64,000 bases of DNA, from the NCBI GenBank assembly GCA_947085465.1, contig CAMTWQ010000047.1, positions 3,408 through 67,407 of the forward strand, in the 5' to 3' direction. The notes beneath the pieces were generated by a model. The model saw only the letters and a program-made list of their open reading frames with translations, was not told where the DNA came from and did no database searches. The first letter of the stretch is position 1; each line of letters begins with the position of its first letter. This document shows positions 8,848-18,456 of the stretch, piece after piece. This DNA comes from an uncultured Alphaproteobacteria bacterium (lineage in GTDB: Bacteria > Pseudomonadota > Alphaproteobacteria > UBA11222). A program made the position numbers and the translations under genes.

Positions 8848-9924
8848 TTGAGTGTGAGTACGGGGAATGTAAACACCGGCTTCAACCCCCGCATGAGTAG
8901 CATTCAGGAGATTGCCGCCAGTGGCGCGCCAGACGAGCAGGGGCGCAACCCAGACCCCCTGGTGCTGGAATTTGGCAATAACCGGATGCTGGGTGAACTG
9001 GTTGGCGAAAATGACCGGCACCTGGGCGTGATTGAAGACCGGCTTGGCGTTGCCTGTGTCGGGCGCGGCAACAAAATATTGATTAACGGGCCGGTTAAAC
9101 AGCGTCATACTGCCGCCCGGGTATTGCGTGATCTTTATGTGCGGGTGCAGCGAGGCCAAACCGTGAGCAAAGCCGAAGTAGAAGCGGCAATCCGCATGGC
9201 CAGCAGCGGCAGCGGCGGCGAACCGGAATTTTCGCTTGCCGATGAAAGTCTGCATGTGAATCTGCGCCGCCGGCGGATCGCGCCGCGAACGCCTGCGCAG
9301 GCAAAATACATCGAGGCGCTAAAACGCGATGAACTGGTGTTTGGCATGGGGCCGGCCGGCACCGGCAAGACCTATCTCGCAGTGGCGGTGGCGGCGTCGA
9401 TGCTGATCGAAGGCAAGGTGGACCGCCTGATCCTGTCGCGCCCCGCAGTCGAGGCCGGCGAGCGGCTGGGTTTTTTACCCGGCGATATGCGCGATAAGGT
9501 AGACCCGTATCTGCGCCCGCTTTACGACGCGCTAAACGATATGTTCACCACCGATCAAATCGCCCGTAAACTGGAAGCCGGTGAGATCGAAGTGGCGCCG
9601 CTAGCCTTTATGCGCGGGCGCACTTTAAGCAATGCCTTTGTTATCCTGGATGAGGCGCAGAACTGCACCCAGGTGCAAATGAAAATGTTTCTGACCCGGC
9701 TGGGTGAAGGTTCCCGCATGGCGATTACCGGTGATCCAAGCCAAACCGATTTACCTGGTTTCCAGGTTTCGGGCCTTCGTGATGCGGTGGAAATTCTTGG
9801 CGATGTAGAGGGGGTGTCGATCATACGATTTAGCGATGCCGATGTGGTTCGGCATCCGCTGGTTGGGCGAATTGTGCGCGCCTATGATGCGCGCGCCAAA
9901 CTACAGCAAGCAAACAATGAGTGA
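8848..9924 (+). CDS. ybeZ: PhoH-like ATPase (YbeZ)
   Basis: Walker A GPAGTGKTYLAVAVAA and the PhoH motif ILSRPAVEAGERLGFLPGD. First gene of the ybeZ-ybeY-corC-lnt order. Start uncertain (TTG at 8848 or ATG at 8893). Confidence 0.88.
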   Translation: MSVSTGNVNTGFNPRMSSIQEIAASGAPDEQGRNPDPLVLEFGNNRMLGELVGENDRHLGVIEDRLGVACVGRGNKILINGPVKQRHTAARVLRDLYVRVQRGQTVSKAEVEAAIRMASSGSGGEPEFSLADESLHVNLRRRRIAPRTPAQAKYIEALKRDELVFGMGPAGTGKTYLAVAVAASMLIEGKVDRLILSRPAVEAGERLGFLPGDMRDKVDPYLRPLYDALNDMFTTDQIARKLEAGEIEVAPLAFMRGRTLSNAFVILDEAQNCTQVQMKMFLTRLGEGSRMAITGDPSQTDLPGFQVSGLRDAVEILGDVEGVSIIRFSDADVVRHPLVGRIVRAYDARAKLQQANNE

Positions 9925-10426
9925 GATTGACGTCTCCATCAAAAGCAAGAAATGGAATCAGGTGTGCGCCAATGCGGAACAGCTTTCGCTCCGCGCCGCG
10001 AACGCCGTGCTGAATGATATTGCCGGACGCGCCAGGGGCGCCCCGGCCAACAACGAAGTGAGCATAGTGCTGGCGGACGATGCGATGGTGCGCACACTTA
10101 ACAGTGACTATCGCGGCATCAACAAGCCAACCAATGTATTGTCCTTTCCCGCAGAAGATGAAACCGGCGCGCCCACGCCGCCGGTAGCGGCCCCAAGGTT
10201 GTTGGGCGACGTTGTCCTGGCTTGTGAGACGATTAGCGCGGAAGCGTCGGCTGGCGGCATAACAATTGCCGATCATTTGTCGCATCTAGTTGTGCATGGC
10301 GTGCTGCATTTGCTTGGCTTTGATCATGAAACGGATGCCGAAGCAGCGCAGATGGAAGCCCGCGAAACGGAAATTCTAGCGCGGCTGGGCATTGAATGCC
10401 CCTATACAAGGGGGGCGCAAGACTGA
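9917..10426 (+). CDS. ybeY: rRNA maturation endoribonuclease YbeY
   Basis: HGVLHLLGFDHETD zinc-binding motif. Start at the ATG at 9917 (MSEIDV), overlapping the ybeZ stop. Confidence 0.9.
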   Translation: MSEIDVSIKSKKWNQVCANAEQLSLRAANAVLNDIAGRARGAPANNEVSIVLADDAMVRTLNSDYRGINKPTNVLSFPAEDETGAPTPPVAAPRLLGDVVLACETISAEASAGGITIADHLSHLVVHGVLHLLGFDHETDAEAAQMEARETEILARLGIECPYTRGAQD

Positions 10427-11349
10427 TGGCGGATAACGCCAGTGGCAATGGCGGTGCGAATTGGGCCACGCGGATTCTGCGGGCTGGCAAGAACCGCGGG
10501 CCGGGCAAACTGCTGTCACGTTTCCGCCCGCGCCAGGAAAGTCTTCGCGAAACCATCGAGGATGCGATTGAGGAACATCTGGCCCATACGCCGGATTTCA
10601 CTCCCCTTGAGCGGTTGATGCTGGAAAATATAATGAGCGTTGGCCGTTTGCGGGTTGACGATGTCATGGTGCCCCGCGCCGATATCGTGGCGGTCGAGCT
10701 TGGCATTTCCCTGTCTGATCTTGTGAAGGTGTTTAATGAGGCGTCTCACTCGCGCCTGCCCATCTATCGCGAAACGCTGGATGAACCAACCGGCATGGTG
10801 CACATCAAGGATCTGATGCGCCGGTGGTTTGATGCGGATGCGCAGTCGCGCGCTGGCTTTTCGGCAGGCGCCATCCGCCGTGACGTTTTGTTCGTGCCCC
10901 CGTCGATGCGCGTGGTTGATCTTCTGCTAAAAATGCGGGTCACTCGCATTCACATGGCGTTGGTCATTGATGAATATGGCGGCACCGACGGGCTGGTCAC
11001 CATCGAGGATCTGGTTGAGGAAGTGGTGGGTGAAATTCGTGATGAACATGACGCCGAGGGGCCGCGCCTGGCGCCGCGCGCCGATGGCGGCTATGACGCG
11101 GATGCGCGTGTTGAGGTGAGCGAACTTGAAAAACTTACCGGCCTCGCATTGGTGCCGGATGATTTGATAGAATACGCCGACACGCTGGGCGGCCTGGTGT
11201 CGGCGCTGCTAGGCCGCGTGCCGCAGCGCGGTGAGTTGATAGCGCATCCCGCCGGTCTTGAATTCGAGGTGGTTGAGGCGGATGCGCGCAGCGTCAAGCG
11301 TCTGCGGGTGCGCCGGCGTGCTGCTTCCGCAATGAAGGCCGCAGTGTGA
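10426..11349 (+). CDS. corC: CBS-domain CorC/HlyC-family (TlyC-like) protein
   Basis: Pair of CBS domains plus a C-terminal CorC_HlyC-like region. ATG at 10426 overlaps the ybeY stop as TGATG. Conserved ybeX position. Confidence 0.8.
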   Translation: MADNASGNGGANWATRILRAGKNRGPGKLLSRFRPRQESLRETIEDAIEEHLAHTPDFTPLERLMLENIMSVGRLRVDDVMVPRADIVAVELGISLSDLVKVFNEASHSRLPIYRETLDEPTGMVHIKDLMRRWFDADAQSRAGFSAGAIRRDVLFVPPSMRVVDLLLKMRVTRIHMALVIDEYGGTDGLVTIEDLVEEVVGEIRDEHDAEGPRLAPRADGGYDADARVEVSELEKLTGLALVPDDLIEYADTLGGLVSALLGRVPQRGELIAHPAGLEFEVVEADARSVKRLRVRRRAASAMKAAV

Positions 11350-12956
11350 AGCAAGCGGTAGCGGTTATGCGCGGGCCGTTTGCAGGGGCAGCCGCGTGGC
11401 TTGGTTCAGGCGGGCGCGGGCGGCGTTTTTCCAGTGCTTTCCTGACTGGGGCGTGCGCAAGCCTGGCGCTGGCGCCGGTTCATTTTCTTCCCATTTTGCT
11501 GATCTGTTTCACTGTGCCGGTTTGGCTGCTTGATTATGCGGAAAACTGGCGCGCTGCTGCTGTTATTGGCTGGTGGTTCGGGTTTGGTTTTTTTCTTAGC
11601 GGATTATATTGGGTTGGTATTGCTCTGCTGGTCGATGCGGAAAATTTTGCGCATTTCTTACCCGTTGCCGTCTTGGTGCTGCCGGGTGGTCTGGCGCTGT
11701 TTAGCGCCGGCGCTTTTGCTTTGGCGAAATTGTTCTGGCGTGTGGATGCATCCTGGCGATTGCTGGCGTTTGCGCTGGCCTGGTCGGTGTTTGAGTGGTT
11801 GCGCGGGCATCTGTTTACCGGCTTTCCATGGAATTTGATTGGCTATGCATGGAGCGCTGGGGACGGCTGGATGCTCAGTGTACTGCAATCTGCCTCGGTG
11901 ATTGGCGTTTATGGATTGGGCTTGCTCACTGTGCCGTTAGCAGCCCTGCCTGCCCTGTTGGCCAATGGTGATTGGAGAGGCAGGCAATTTATCATCGCGG
12001 CGCTATTGGGCGGCCTGGCGCTGTCCGCGTCATGGTCCTATGGCGCTGTGCGCTTGTCGCGCCCGGCAGGAGAAGAAATAGCAGGCGCTTATCTGCGCAT
12101 CGTGCAGCCGAACATTGCGCAAACCGCCAAATGGAATCCGGAACAGCAGGCCGCCATCTTCCGGCAATTACTGCGGCTTTCAGGCGCGCCCGCGAGCCAG
12201 CCCATCACCCATGTCATCTGGCCAGAATCGGCGATCCCGTTCTTTGTGGAGAAATCAGAGGCCGCACGCGCCATGATGGCGGAACTGGTTGTCCCCACAG
12301 GCGCAGTAATCACCGGCGCGCTGCGTCAGGCTGATCCAAACAACAGTGATGCCGGGATTTATAATAGTGTCCTGGTCATTGACGGAGATGGCCGGATAGT
12401 TACCCATTATGATAAATCTCACCTGGTGCCGTTTGGTGAATATCTTCCGTTCCCCAGGCTTCTTGCCGCCATAGGTCTGAAAAAACTAACCGTTGATCTT
12501 GGCGCATTCAGCGATGGTGCTGGAATACAAACGCTTATGGCGCCAGGCATGCCAAAGTTCAGCGCACTAATCTGTTATGAGGCGATTTTCCCTAGCCATG
12601 TTGCCGATGATGCAGACCGCCCGCAATGGCTGCTAAACGTCACCAACGACGCCTGGTTTGGTGACACCAGCGGCCCTGCGCAACATCTTGCTCAGGCAAG
12701 GGTGCGCGCCATTGAAGAGGGCCTGCCATTGCTGCGTGCTGCGAATACGGGAATTTCCGCGGTCATTGATGCGCATGGGCGAATTCGGGCAGCTTTGCCA
12801 TTAAACCAGGAAGGGGTGATCGAGACCGGTTTACCTCCAGCCCTGCCGCCAACCATTTATGCGCGCCTGGGGGATCAAATCTATTTTGGACTTTTACTAC
12901 TTATAGGTGTATTTTTCTCTATTGCTGGCTGGTTACAGCGGCGCTTTAACGCTTAA
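11346..12956 (+). CDS. lnt: apolipoprotein N-acyltransferase
   Basis: 536 aa. N-terminal polytopic membrane region followed by a C-N hydrolase domain (VIWPESAIPFF...LICYEAIFP). GTG start overlaps the corC stop. Confidence 0.88.
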   Translation: MKQAVAVMRGPFAGAAAWLGSGGRGRRFSSAFLTGACASLALAPVHFLPILLICFTVPVWLLDYAENWRAAAVIGWWFGFGFFLSGLYWVGIALLVDAENFAHFLPVAVLVLPGGLALFSAGAFALAKLFWRVDASWRLLAFALAWSVFEWLRGHLFTGFPWNLIGYAWSAGDGWMLSVLQSASVIGVYGLGLLTVPLAALPALLANGDWRGRQFIIAALLGGLALSASWSYGAVRLSRPAGEEIAGAYLRIVQPNIAQTAKWNPEQQAAIFRQLLRLSGAPASQPITHVIWPESAIPFFVEKSEAARAMMAELVVPTGAVITGALRQADPNNSDAGIYNSVLVIDGDGRIVTHYDKSHLVPFGEYLPFPRLLAAIGLKKLTVDLGAFSDGAGIQTLMAPGMPKFSALICYEAIFPSHVADDADRPQWLLNVTNDAWFGDTSGPAQHLAQARVRAIEEGLPLLRAANTGISAVIDAHGRIRAALPLNQEGVIETGLPPALPPTIYARLGDQIYFGLLLLIGVFFSIAGWLQRRFNA

Positions 12957-13062
12957 AGAAAGTGACAGAGCGCAACTGATCTTTGCACGCGGCCGCATGC
13001 ACCCTCTGCATGAAATAAATATCAACATATTTTCAGTATTTCAGACTAAACAGGATGACGCC

Positions 13063-13506
13063 ATGATCAAAAACGCCCCCGAACCAGTAGATGTGCATGT
13101 GGGCAGCCGCGTCCGCCTGCGGCGGATGCTGATTGGCATGAGCCAGGAAAAACTGGGAAACGCGCTAAATCTTACCTTTCAGCAAGTGCAGAAATATGAA
13201 AAGGGCGCTAACCGCATTGGCGCCAGCCGCCTGCACCGTATCTCACAGTTACTGGGCGTTTCCGTACAGTTTTTTTTCGACGATCTGCCCGCCGCTTATA
13301 CAGAGCAAATGAGCGGCTTCGCTGAAAACCAAGCCCAGCCTCTGCTGATGAATTTCGTCCACACACCAGAAGGTGTGCATCTCAATCGTGCATTTTCTGA
13401 CATCAAGAACGCCAACGTGCGAAAACGGCTGGTCGATCTGGTCAAGGCGATAGCTGCGTCGGAAGCTGGTTCTGGGACAAGTCCAGATACGAACGGCGAT
13501 CAATAA
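13063..13506 (+). CDS. XRE-family helix-turn-helix transcriptional regulator
   Basis: HTH region VGSRVRLRRMLIGMSQEKLGNALNLTFQQVQKYEKGANRIGASRL. Internal ATG start at 13063 (MIKNAPEP); the upstream extension lacks coding character. Confidence 0.7.
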   Translation: MIKNAPEPVDVHVGSRVRLRRMLIGMSQEKLGNALNLTFQQVQKYEKGANRIGASRLHRISQLLGVSVQFFFDDLPAAYTEQMSGFAENQAQPLLMNFVHTPEGVHLNRAFSDIKNANVRKRLVDLVKAIAASEAGSGTSPDTNGDQ

Positions 13507-13513
13507 TTCACTA

Positions 13514-13545
13514 CTAGAGCCTTTCCCGGTCAGGAAATGGTCTAG
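13514..13545. repeat. 32-bp collapsed repeat ctagagcctttcccggtcagg|aaatggtctag
   Basis: Joins the left end of the 37691-37776 element (tagagcctttc...ccggtcagg) to the right end of the 37631-37679 palindrome (aaatggtcta). Confidence 0.55.
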
Positions 13546-13605
13546 CAAAAAACCACCAATATGCTATTTCAGGGTGCTTTATTTCCATACTGAGGGGGGA
13601 CTGCC

Positions 13606-14769
13606 GTGCCAAGGGGTGATTATCTGTTTACCAGTGAAAGTGTGTCTGAAGGCCATCCGGACAAGATCTGCGACATGATCTCGGACGCCGTGGTCGATGA
13701 ATTTCTGGCCAGCCATCCCGACGCCCGTGTTGCCTGCGAAACCCTGACCACGACTAATCTGATCGTGCTGGCGGGCGAAGTGCGCGGCAATGTCTCCGCT
13801 GCGCGGATCGAAGAACTTGTCCGCCAGACGGTCAAAAAAATTGGCTATGAGCAGGAAGGCTTTCATCACGCCAAGGCCGAAGTCATGATCCGCCTGCATG
13901 CGCAATCCGCCGACATCGCGCAGGGCGTAGACGCCAGCGGCAACAAAGATATTGGCGCCGGCGATCAGGGCATCATGTTCGGTTACGCCTGCAACGAAAC
14001 GCCCGAATTAATGCCTGCGCCAATTCAGTTCGCGCATCAAATTCTCAAGAACATGGCGCTGGCGCGTCATGCAGGCAAGGAAAAGGGCCTTGGCCCGGAC
14101 GCCAAAAGCCAGGTGACGCTGCGCTATCAGGGCGGCAAGCCGGTAGCCGCGGCGTCTGTTGTCGTTTCCACCCAGCATGTCGAAGGCCTGTCGCAGGCGG
14201 ATGTGCGTAAAATCGTCCGGCCCTATGTGGAACAGGTGCTACCCAAGGGCTGGATGTGCCCGGAGGCCGAGTTTTACGTCAATCCGACCGGCAAGTTCGT
14301 GATCGGTGGCCCGGATGGCGATGCAGGACTGACTGGGCGCAAGATTATCGTTGACACCTATGGCGGCGCCGCACCGCATGGCGGCGGGGCGTTTTCCGGC
14401 AAGGATCCAACCAAGGTTGACCGTTCGGCCGCCTATGCCGCCCGTCATATGGCGAAGAATATCGTCGCGGCCGGTATAGCTGATCGCTGCACCATTCAGC
14501 TTTCCTACGCCATTGGCGTCTCCAAGCCGCTCTCTATCTATGTCGATCTGCACGGCGCCGGAAAGGTGGACGAGGCGAAACTGGAACACGTTATAGCCGA
14601 GGTGGCGGATTTCAGCCCGCGCGGCATTCGAGACCGGCTTGGGCTATACCGCCCGATCTATGCGCGCACCGCCGCCTATGGGCATTTTGGCCGCGCCCCC
14701 GAAGCCGATGGCGGTTTTTCGTGGGAAAAGACTGATCTGGTGGAGGCGCTGAAATCAGCTCTGAGCTGA
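13606..14769 (+). CDS. metK: S-adenosylmethionine synthase
   Basis: [24 protein letters not shown] ... [26 protein letters not shown] start with a gagggggga RBS. Confidence 0.95.
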   Translation: MPRGDYLFTSESVSEGHPDKICDMISDAVVDEFLASHPDARVACETLTTTNLIVLAGEVRGNVSAARIEELVRQTVKKIGYEQEGFHHAKAEVMIRLHAQSADIAQGVDASGNKDIGAGDQGIMFGYACNETPELMPAPIQFAHQILKNMALARHAGKEKGLGPDAKSQVTLRYQGGKPVAAASVVVSTQHVEGLSQADVRKIVRPYVEQVLPKGWMCPEAEFYVNPTGKFVIGGPDGDAGLTGRKIIVDTYGGAAPHGGGAFSGKDPTKVDRSAAYAARHMAKNIVAAGIADRCTIQLSYAIGVSKPLSIYVDLHGAGKVDEAKLEHVIAEVADFSPRGIRDRLGLYRPIYARTAAYGHFGRAPEADGGFSWEKTDLVEALKSALS

Positions 14770-14816
14770 AAGCCCCCCAACGCCCGAGGCTGTATGGGCG
14801 CAGACGCGGCCATAAA

Positions 14817-15488
14817 TTGCGGCCCCAGGCCGTCCGGCTGCTGGCCGGGATGTTGCCGCAACTTTCTGTGCCGCCGGGCGAGGGACCACTTGATCCAGCA
14901 GCGCTTTTTTCTGGTGACTGCCAAGAAATCTGGCTGGAGATCGGGTTTGGCGATGGCGGCCATTTGGCCTGCCAGGCGTTGGCCAATCCGCTCGCCGGCA
15001 TCATTGGCTGCGAGGTTTATGAAAACGGCGTCACCAACCTGCTTACCAGGATCGCGGCCACAGAACTCAGCAACATCCGTATTTGCTATGGCGATGCGCG
15101 CTTATTATTGCCGCGACTGCCGGAGCAATGCCTGATGCGGGTGTTTGTGCTGTTTCCCGATCCATGGCCAAAGAAACGCCATCAAAAGCGCCGTTTTATC
15201 TCCCCGGCAACGTTGGATGCGCTGGCGCGGGTGATGCGGCCCGGCGCGGTGCTGCGCTTTGCCAGTGATAGCGCCGATTATTGCCGCTGGACCGAAGCTT
15301 TATTTTCCGCGCATCCCTGGTTTGACGGGCCCGTGGATGCGGGCGGCGGGCTTATCCGTCCCGATGCAAGTCATAGCTTTTGGCCACGCACAAAATATGA
15401 GGATAAAGCTGTAGCGGCTGGCCGCAGCCCGTTATACTTATGCTACACGCGCCGAAATTGCCCGAAACCGCTTGAAACGAAGCTATGA
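14817..15488 (+). CDS. trmB: tRNA (guanine46-N7)-methyltransferase
   Basis: EIGFGDGGHL ... VLFPDPWPKKRHQKRR motifs. TTG start per the ORF track. Confidence 0.85.
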   Translation: MRPQAVRLLAGMLPQLSVPPGEGPLDPAALFSGDCQEIWLEIGFGDGGHLACQALANPLAGIIGCEVYENGVTNLLTRIAATELSNIRICYGDARLLLPRLPEQCLMRVFVLFPDPWPKKRHQKRRFISPATLDALARVMRPGAVLRFASDSADYCRWTEALFSAHPWFDGPVDAGGGLIRPDASHSFWPRTKYEDKAVAAGRSPLYLCYTRRNCPKPLETKL

Positions 15489-15567
15489 AATACGCTAGAA
15501 TTCTCGATAGAGGGATTGATGAGGAGTGGGCTGCGGGCCCACTTTTTTGTTCGGGCGCTGTTTGAAT

Positions 15568-16113
15568 ATGGATACAGGGGATACGGATGCGAGGTTACAC
15601 CAGGCCTCGGGTCTGCTGGCGCGCATTGAGGCCGCTGTCTGCCCGGCCCTGGAGGCAATGGGATTTGAACTTGTGCGCGTGCGATTAACAGGGACCAAGC
15701 GGCCAACCCTGCAAATTATGGCGGAACGGGAAAACGGCGAAATGAGCATCTCGGACTGCGCCCAGGTGAGCCGCGCCATATCCGCGCTGCTTGATGTGGA
15801 AGACCCTGTCAAAGATGAATATACGCTGGAGGTGTCGTCCCCCGGACTTGAACGTCCTTTGACCCGGCTAAAGGATTTCAACCACTATGCCGGGAACCTG
15901 GCGAAAATCGAATTGGCCAAGCCCCTTAACGGGCGGCGGCGGTTTCGCGGCGTACTTGACGGCGTAACTGATGCGCAGGTGCGTTTGCTGCTTGATGACG
16001 GGGCCATGATCGCGTTGCCATTTGATGGCATTGACGAGGCCCAACTCGTGCTTACCGATGAGATGATCCGCAAAAGCCTGAAACGCACTCCGCACTCCAC
16101 CGGGCCGGAATAA
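15568..16113 (+). CDS. rimP: ribosome maturation factor RimP
   Basis: EAMGFELVRVRL ... LEVSSPGLERPL motifs, upstream of nusA. Start set at the ATG at 15568 (MDTGDT); the ORF track GTG at 15526 is an alternative. Confidence 0.85.
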   Translation: MDTGDTDARLHQASGLLARIEAAVCPALEAMGFELVRVRLTGTKRPTLQIMAERENGEMSISDCAQVSRAISALLDVEDPVKDEYTLEVSSPGLERPLTRLKDFNHYAGNLAKIELAKPLNGRRRFRGVLDGVTDAQVRLLLDDGAMIALPFDGIDEAQLVLTDEMIRKSLKRTPHSTGPE

Positions 16114-16135
16114 AGCTAACTAGGGAACACAAATC

Positions 16136-17692
16136 ATGGCAAATACCGCCGTCAGCGCCAACCGGCTTGAATTATTGCAGATCGCCGACGCGGTCGCGCG
16201 CGAGAAGGTGATCGATCACGAAGTCGTGCTGGGGGCGATGGAGGAAGCCATTCAAAAGGCCGCCAAATCGCGTTACGGGGCAGAGAACGAAATCCGCGTG
16301 GAGATCGACCGTAAGACAGGCGACATTCGCTTGAACCGGCTGCTTGAGGTTGTGGAAACCGTAGAAGTTTCGGCCCGCGAAATCTCGTTTGCCGATGCCC
16401 GCCGCCGTAATCCGGGGGCCGAAATCGGCGACTATATCGCCGAAGAATTGCCGCCAATGGAGTTTGGCCGCATCGCAGCCCAAACCGCAAAACAAGTCAT
16501 AGTACAAAAAGTGCGTGATGCCGAACGCGAACGCCAATACATCGAATACAAGGACAAAGTCGGCGAAATCATCAATGGCGTTGTCAAGCGCGTTGAATAC
16601 GGCAATGTCATTGTTGATCTTGGCCGCGCCGAAGCCATCGCCAGACGCGACGAGCTTCTGCCCCGGGAAAGCTTCCGCAATGGCGACCGCATCCGCGCCT
16701 ATATCTACGACGTGCGCAACGAGCCAAAGGGGCCGCAGATATTCCTCTCGCGCACCCATCCGCGCTTTATGGCGCTGCTGTTTGGGCAGGAAGTGCCGGA
16801 AATCTATGACAATGTTATAGAAATTAAGGCCGTGGCCCGCGACCCGGGCAGCCGCGCCAAGATCGCGGTGTTATCCAATGACAGCTCCATCGATCCGGTC
16901 GGCGCCTGCGTTGGCATGCGCGGCTCGCGCGTGCAGGCGGTGGTCAACGAATTACAGGGCGAGAAGATCGACATCATCCAATGGAACCCCGATAACGCAA
17001 CCTTCATCGTCAATGCCCTGGCGCCCGCCGAAGTGATGAAGGTGGTGATGGATGAGGACGTGAAGCGCATCGAGGTCGTGGTTCCCGACGATCAGCTTAG
17101 CCTTGCCATTGGCCGGCGTGGACAGAATGTGCGGCTGGCCTCACAGCTTACTGGATGGGAGATCGATATTCTCACCGAGTCGGGAGAATCGGAGCGGCGG
17201 CAGAAGGAATTTACCGAGCGCACGGAACTGTTCATCAGCGGTCTTGATGTGGATGAAGTGGTTGGGCAGTTGCTCGCCACGGAGGGTTTTACCAGCCTTG
17301 AGGAAGTGGCCTTTGTGCCGGTGGAAGATTTGATCAGCATCGAGGGCTTTGATCCAGAAATGGCGGAGGAACTGCAAAGCCGCGCCCGCGATTATCTTGA
17401 GGCCCAGCAGATCATGGCCGAAGAAGAACGCAAGGCTTTGGGCGTTAGTGATGAAATTGCGGCGCTGCCGCTGTTGACGCCCGCCATGCTTGTGGCGCTG
17501 GGAAAGGCGGGCGTCAAGTCGCTTGATGATCTTGCCGATCTGTCATCGGATGAATTGATCGGCTGGGTTGAGGCGGGCGAAGGCGGCAAAATCCGCAAGC
17601 CAGGGATATTGGACAGTTTTGAGTTACCCCAGGACGATGCGAATGAAATCATCATGGCCGCACGGGCGCATTGGTTTGCGGATGAAAAATAA
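16136..17692 (+). CDS. nusA: transcription termination/antitermination factor NusA
   Basis: 518 aa with an S1 domain, two KH domains and C-terminal acidic repeats. rimP-nusA-infB order. Confidence 0.95.
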   Translation: MANTAVSANRLELLQIADAVAREKVIDHEVVLGAMEEAIQKAAKSRYGAENEIRVEIDRKTGDIRLNRLLEVVETVEVSAREISFADARRRNPGAEIGDYIAEELPPMEFGRIAAQTAKQVIVQKVRDAERERQYIEYKDKVGEIINGVVKRVEYGNVIVDLGRAEAIARRDELLPRESFRNGDRIRAYIYDVRNEPKGPQIFLSRTHPRFMALLFGQEVPEIYDNVIEIKAVARDPGSRAKIAVLSNDSSIDPVGACVGMRGSRVQAVVNELQGEKIDIIQWNPDNATFIVNALAPAEVMKVVMDEDVKRIEVVVPDDQLSLAIGRRGQNVRLASQLTGWEIDILTESGESERRQKEFTERTELFISGLDVDEVVGQLLATEGFTSLEEVAFVPVEDLISIEGFDPEMAEELQSRARDYLEAQQIMAEEERKALGVSDEIAALPLLTPAMLVALGKAGVKSLDDLADLSSDELIGWVEAGEGGKIRKPGILDSFELPQDDANEIIMAARAHWFADEK

Positions 17693-17824
17693 AATAATTT
17701 CTAGGATAACAGGAGACGCCACGCACTGATCGGCGCGCATATCACAAAATCCGACCTGCCCATTAAACCGGTACGGGCCAGCCGCGCTGTTCTGCAACCG
17801 GAGCGCCGCTGTATCGCTAGTGGC

Positions 17825-18370
17825 ATGAGCCTGCCCACGGCGCAGATGATACGGTTTGTCATTGGCCCGGATAATTGCCTGGTGGCGGATCTGGCCGAAT
17901 CGTTGCCTGGGCGCGGCCTATGGCTTCAGGCAAACCGGGCCGCGCTGCGAACGGCCCTGAAAAAACAAGCGTTTTCCCGCGCCGCCCGCAGCAAGGTTGT
18001 GGTGGCTGATATGGATGGTTTTGAGCAGCAACTCTGTGAACTGCTGGGGCGGCGCACCCTTCAAATGCTTGGGTTTGCCAGAAAAGCAGGTGAGGCGGTT
18101 TGTGGAAACGCCAAGGTGGAGGCGCTGGCGCGGGCCGGGAAAATCGGCGTCCTGATTGCAGCCAGTGATGGCGCCGCAGATGGCAAAGGCAAGCTGGAGC
18201 GCCTGGTGCGCGCTGCCGCGCCGCTAGCTGCATATGTGAGTTGCCTTAGCGCCGTGGAATTGGGTTTGGCATTCGGGCGCGAACATGTGATACATGCTGC
18301 GATTACGCCAGGACGATTGGCCGGTCGGTTCCTGCGCGAGGCAAATCGTTTGTCCGGGTTTCGTGCTTAA
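17825..18370 (+). CDS. YlxR (DUF448) RNA-binding protein fused to an L7Ae-like domain
   Basis: IRFVIGPDNCLVADLAESLPGRGLWL (YlxR-like) plus a C-terminal L7Ae-like region, located between nusA and infB. Confidence 0.75.
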   Translation: MSLPTAQMIRFVIGPDNCLVADLAESLPGRGLWLQANRAALRTALKKQAFSRAARSKVVVADMDGFEQQLCELLGRRTLQMLGFARKAGEAVCGNAKVEALARAGKIGVLIAASDGAADGKGKLERLVRAAAPLAAYVSCLSAVELGLAFGREHVIHAAITPGRLAGRFLREANRLSGFRA

Positions 18371-18456
18371 CCTGCCTGATTTGCATACAGGCGGGATTGG
18401 TGCATTGGCTGAGGGGCTGAAGTATAACTTCCGGGTACAGTATTTGAAGGGTTGGT

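Noticed and set aside
13507-13605. Possible SAM-II (or other SAM) riboswitch in the metK leader
   Set aside because: The 99-bp leader is mostly occupied by the 32-bp repeat. It lacks the AUUUUUUGGC...UUGCAAAGC...AAAAAGG-type pseudoknot pattern I recall for SAM-II; only a strong RBS (gagggggga) precedes the GTG start.
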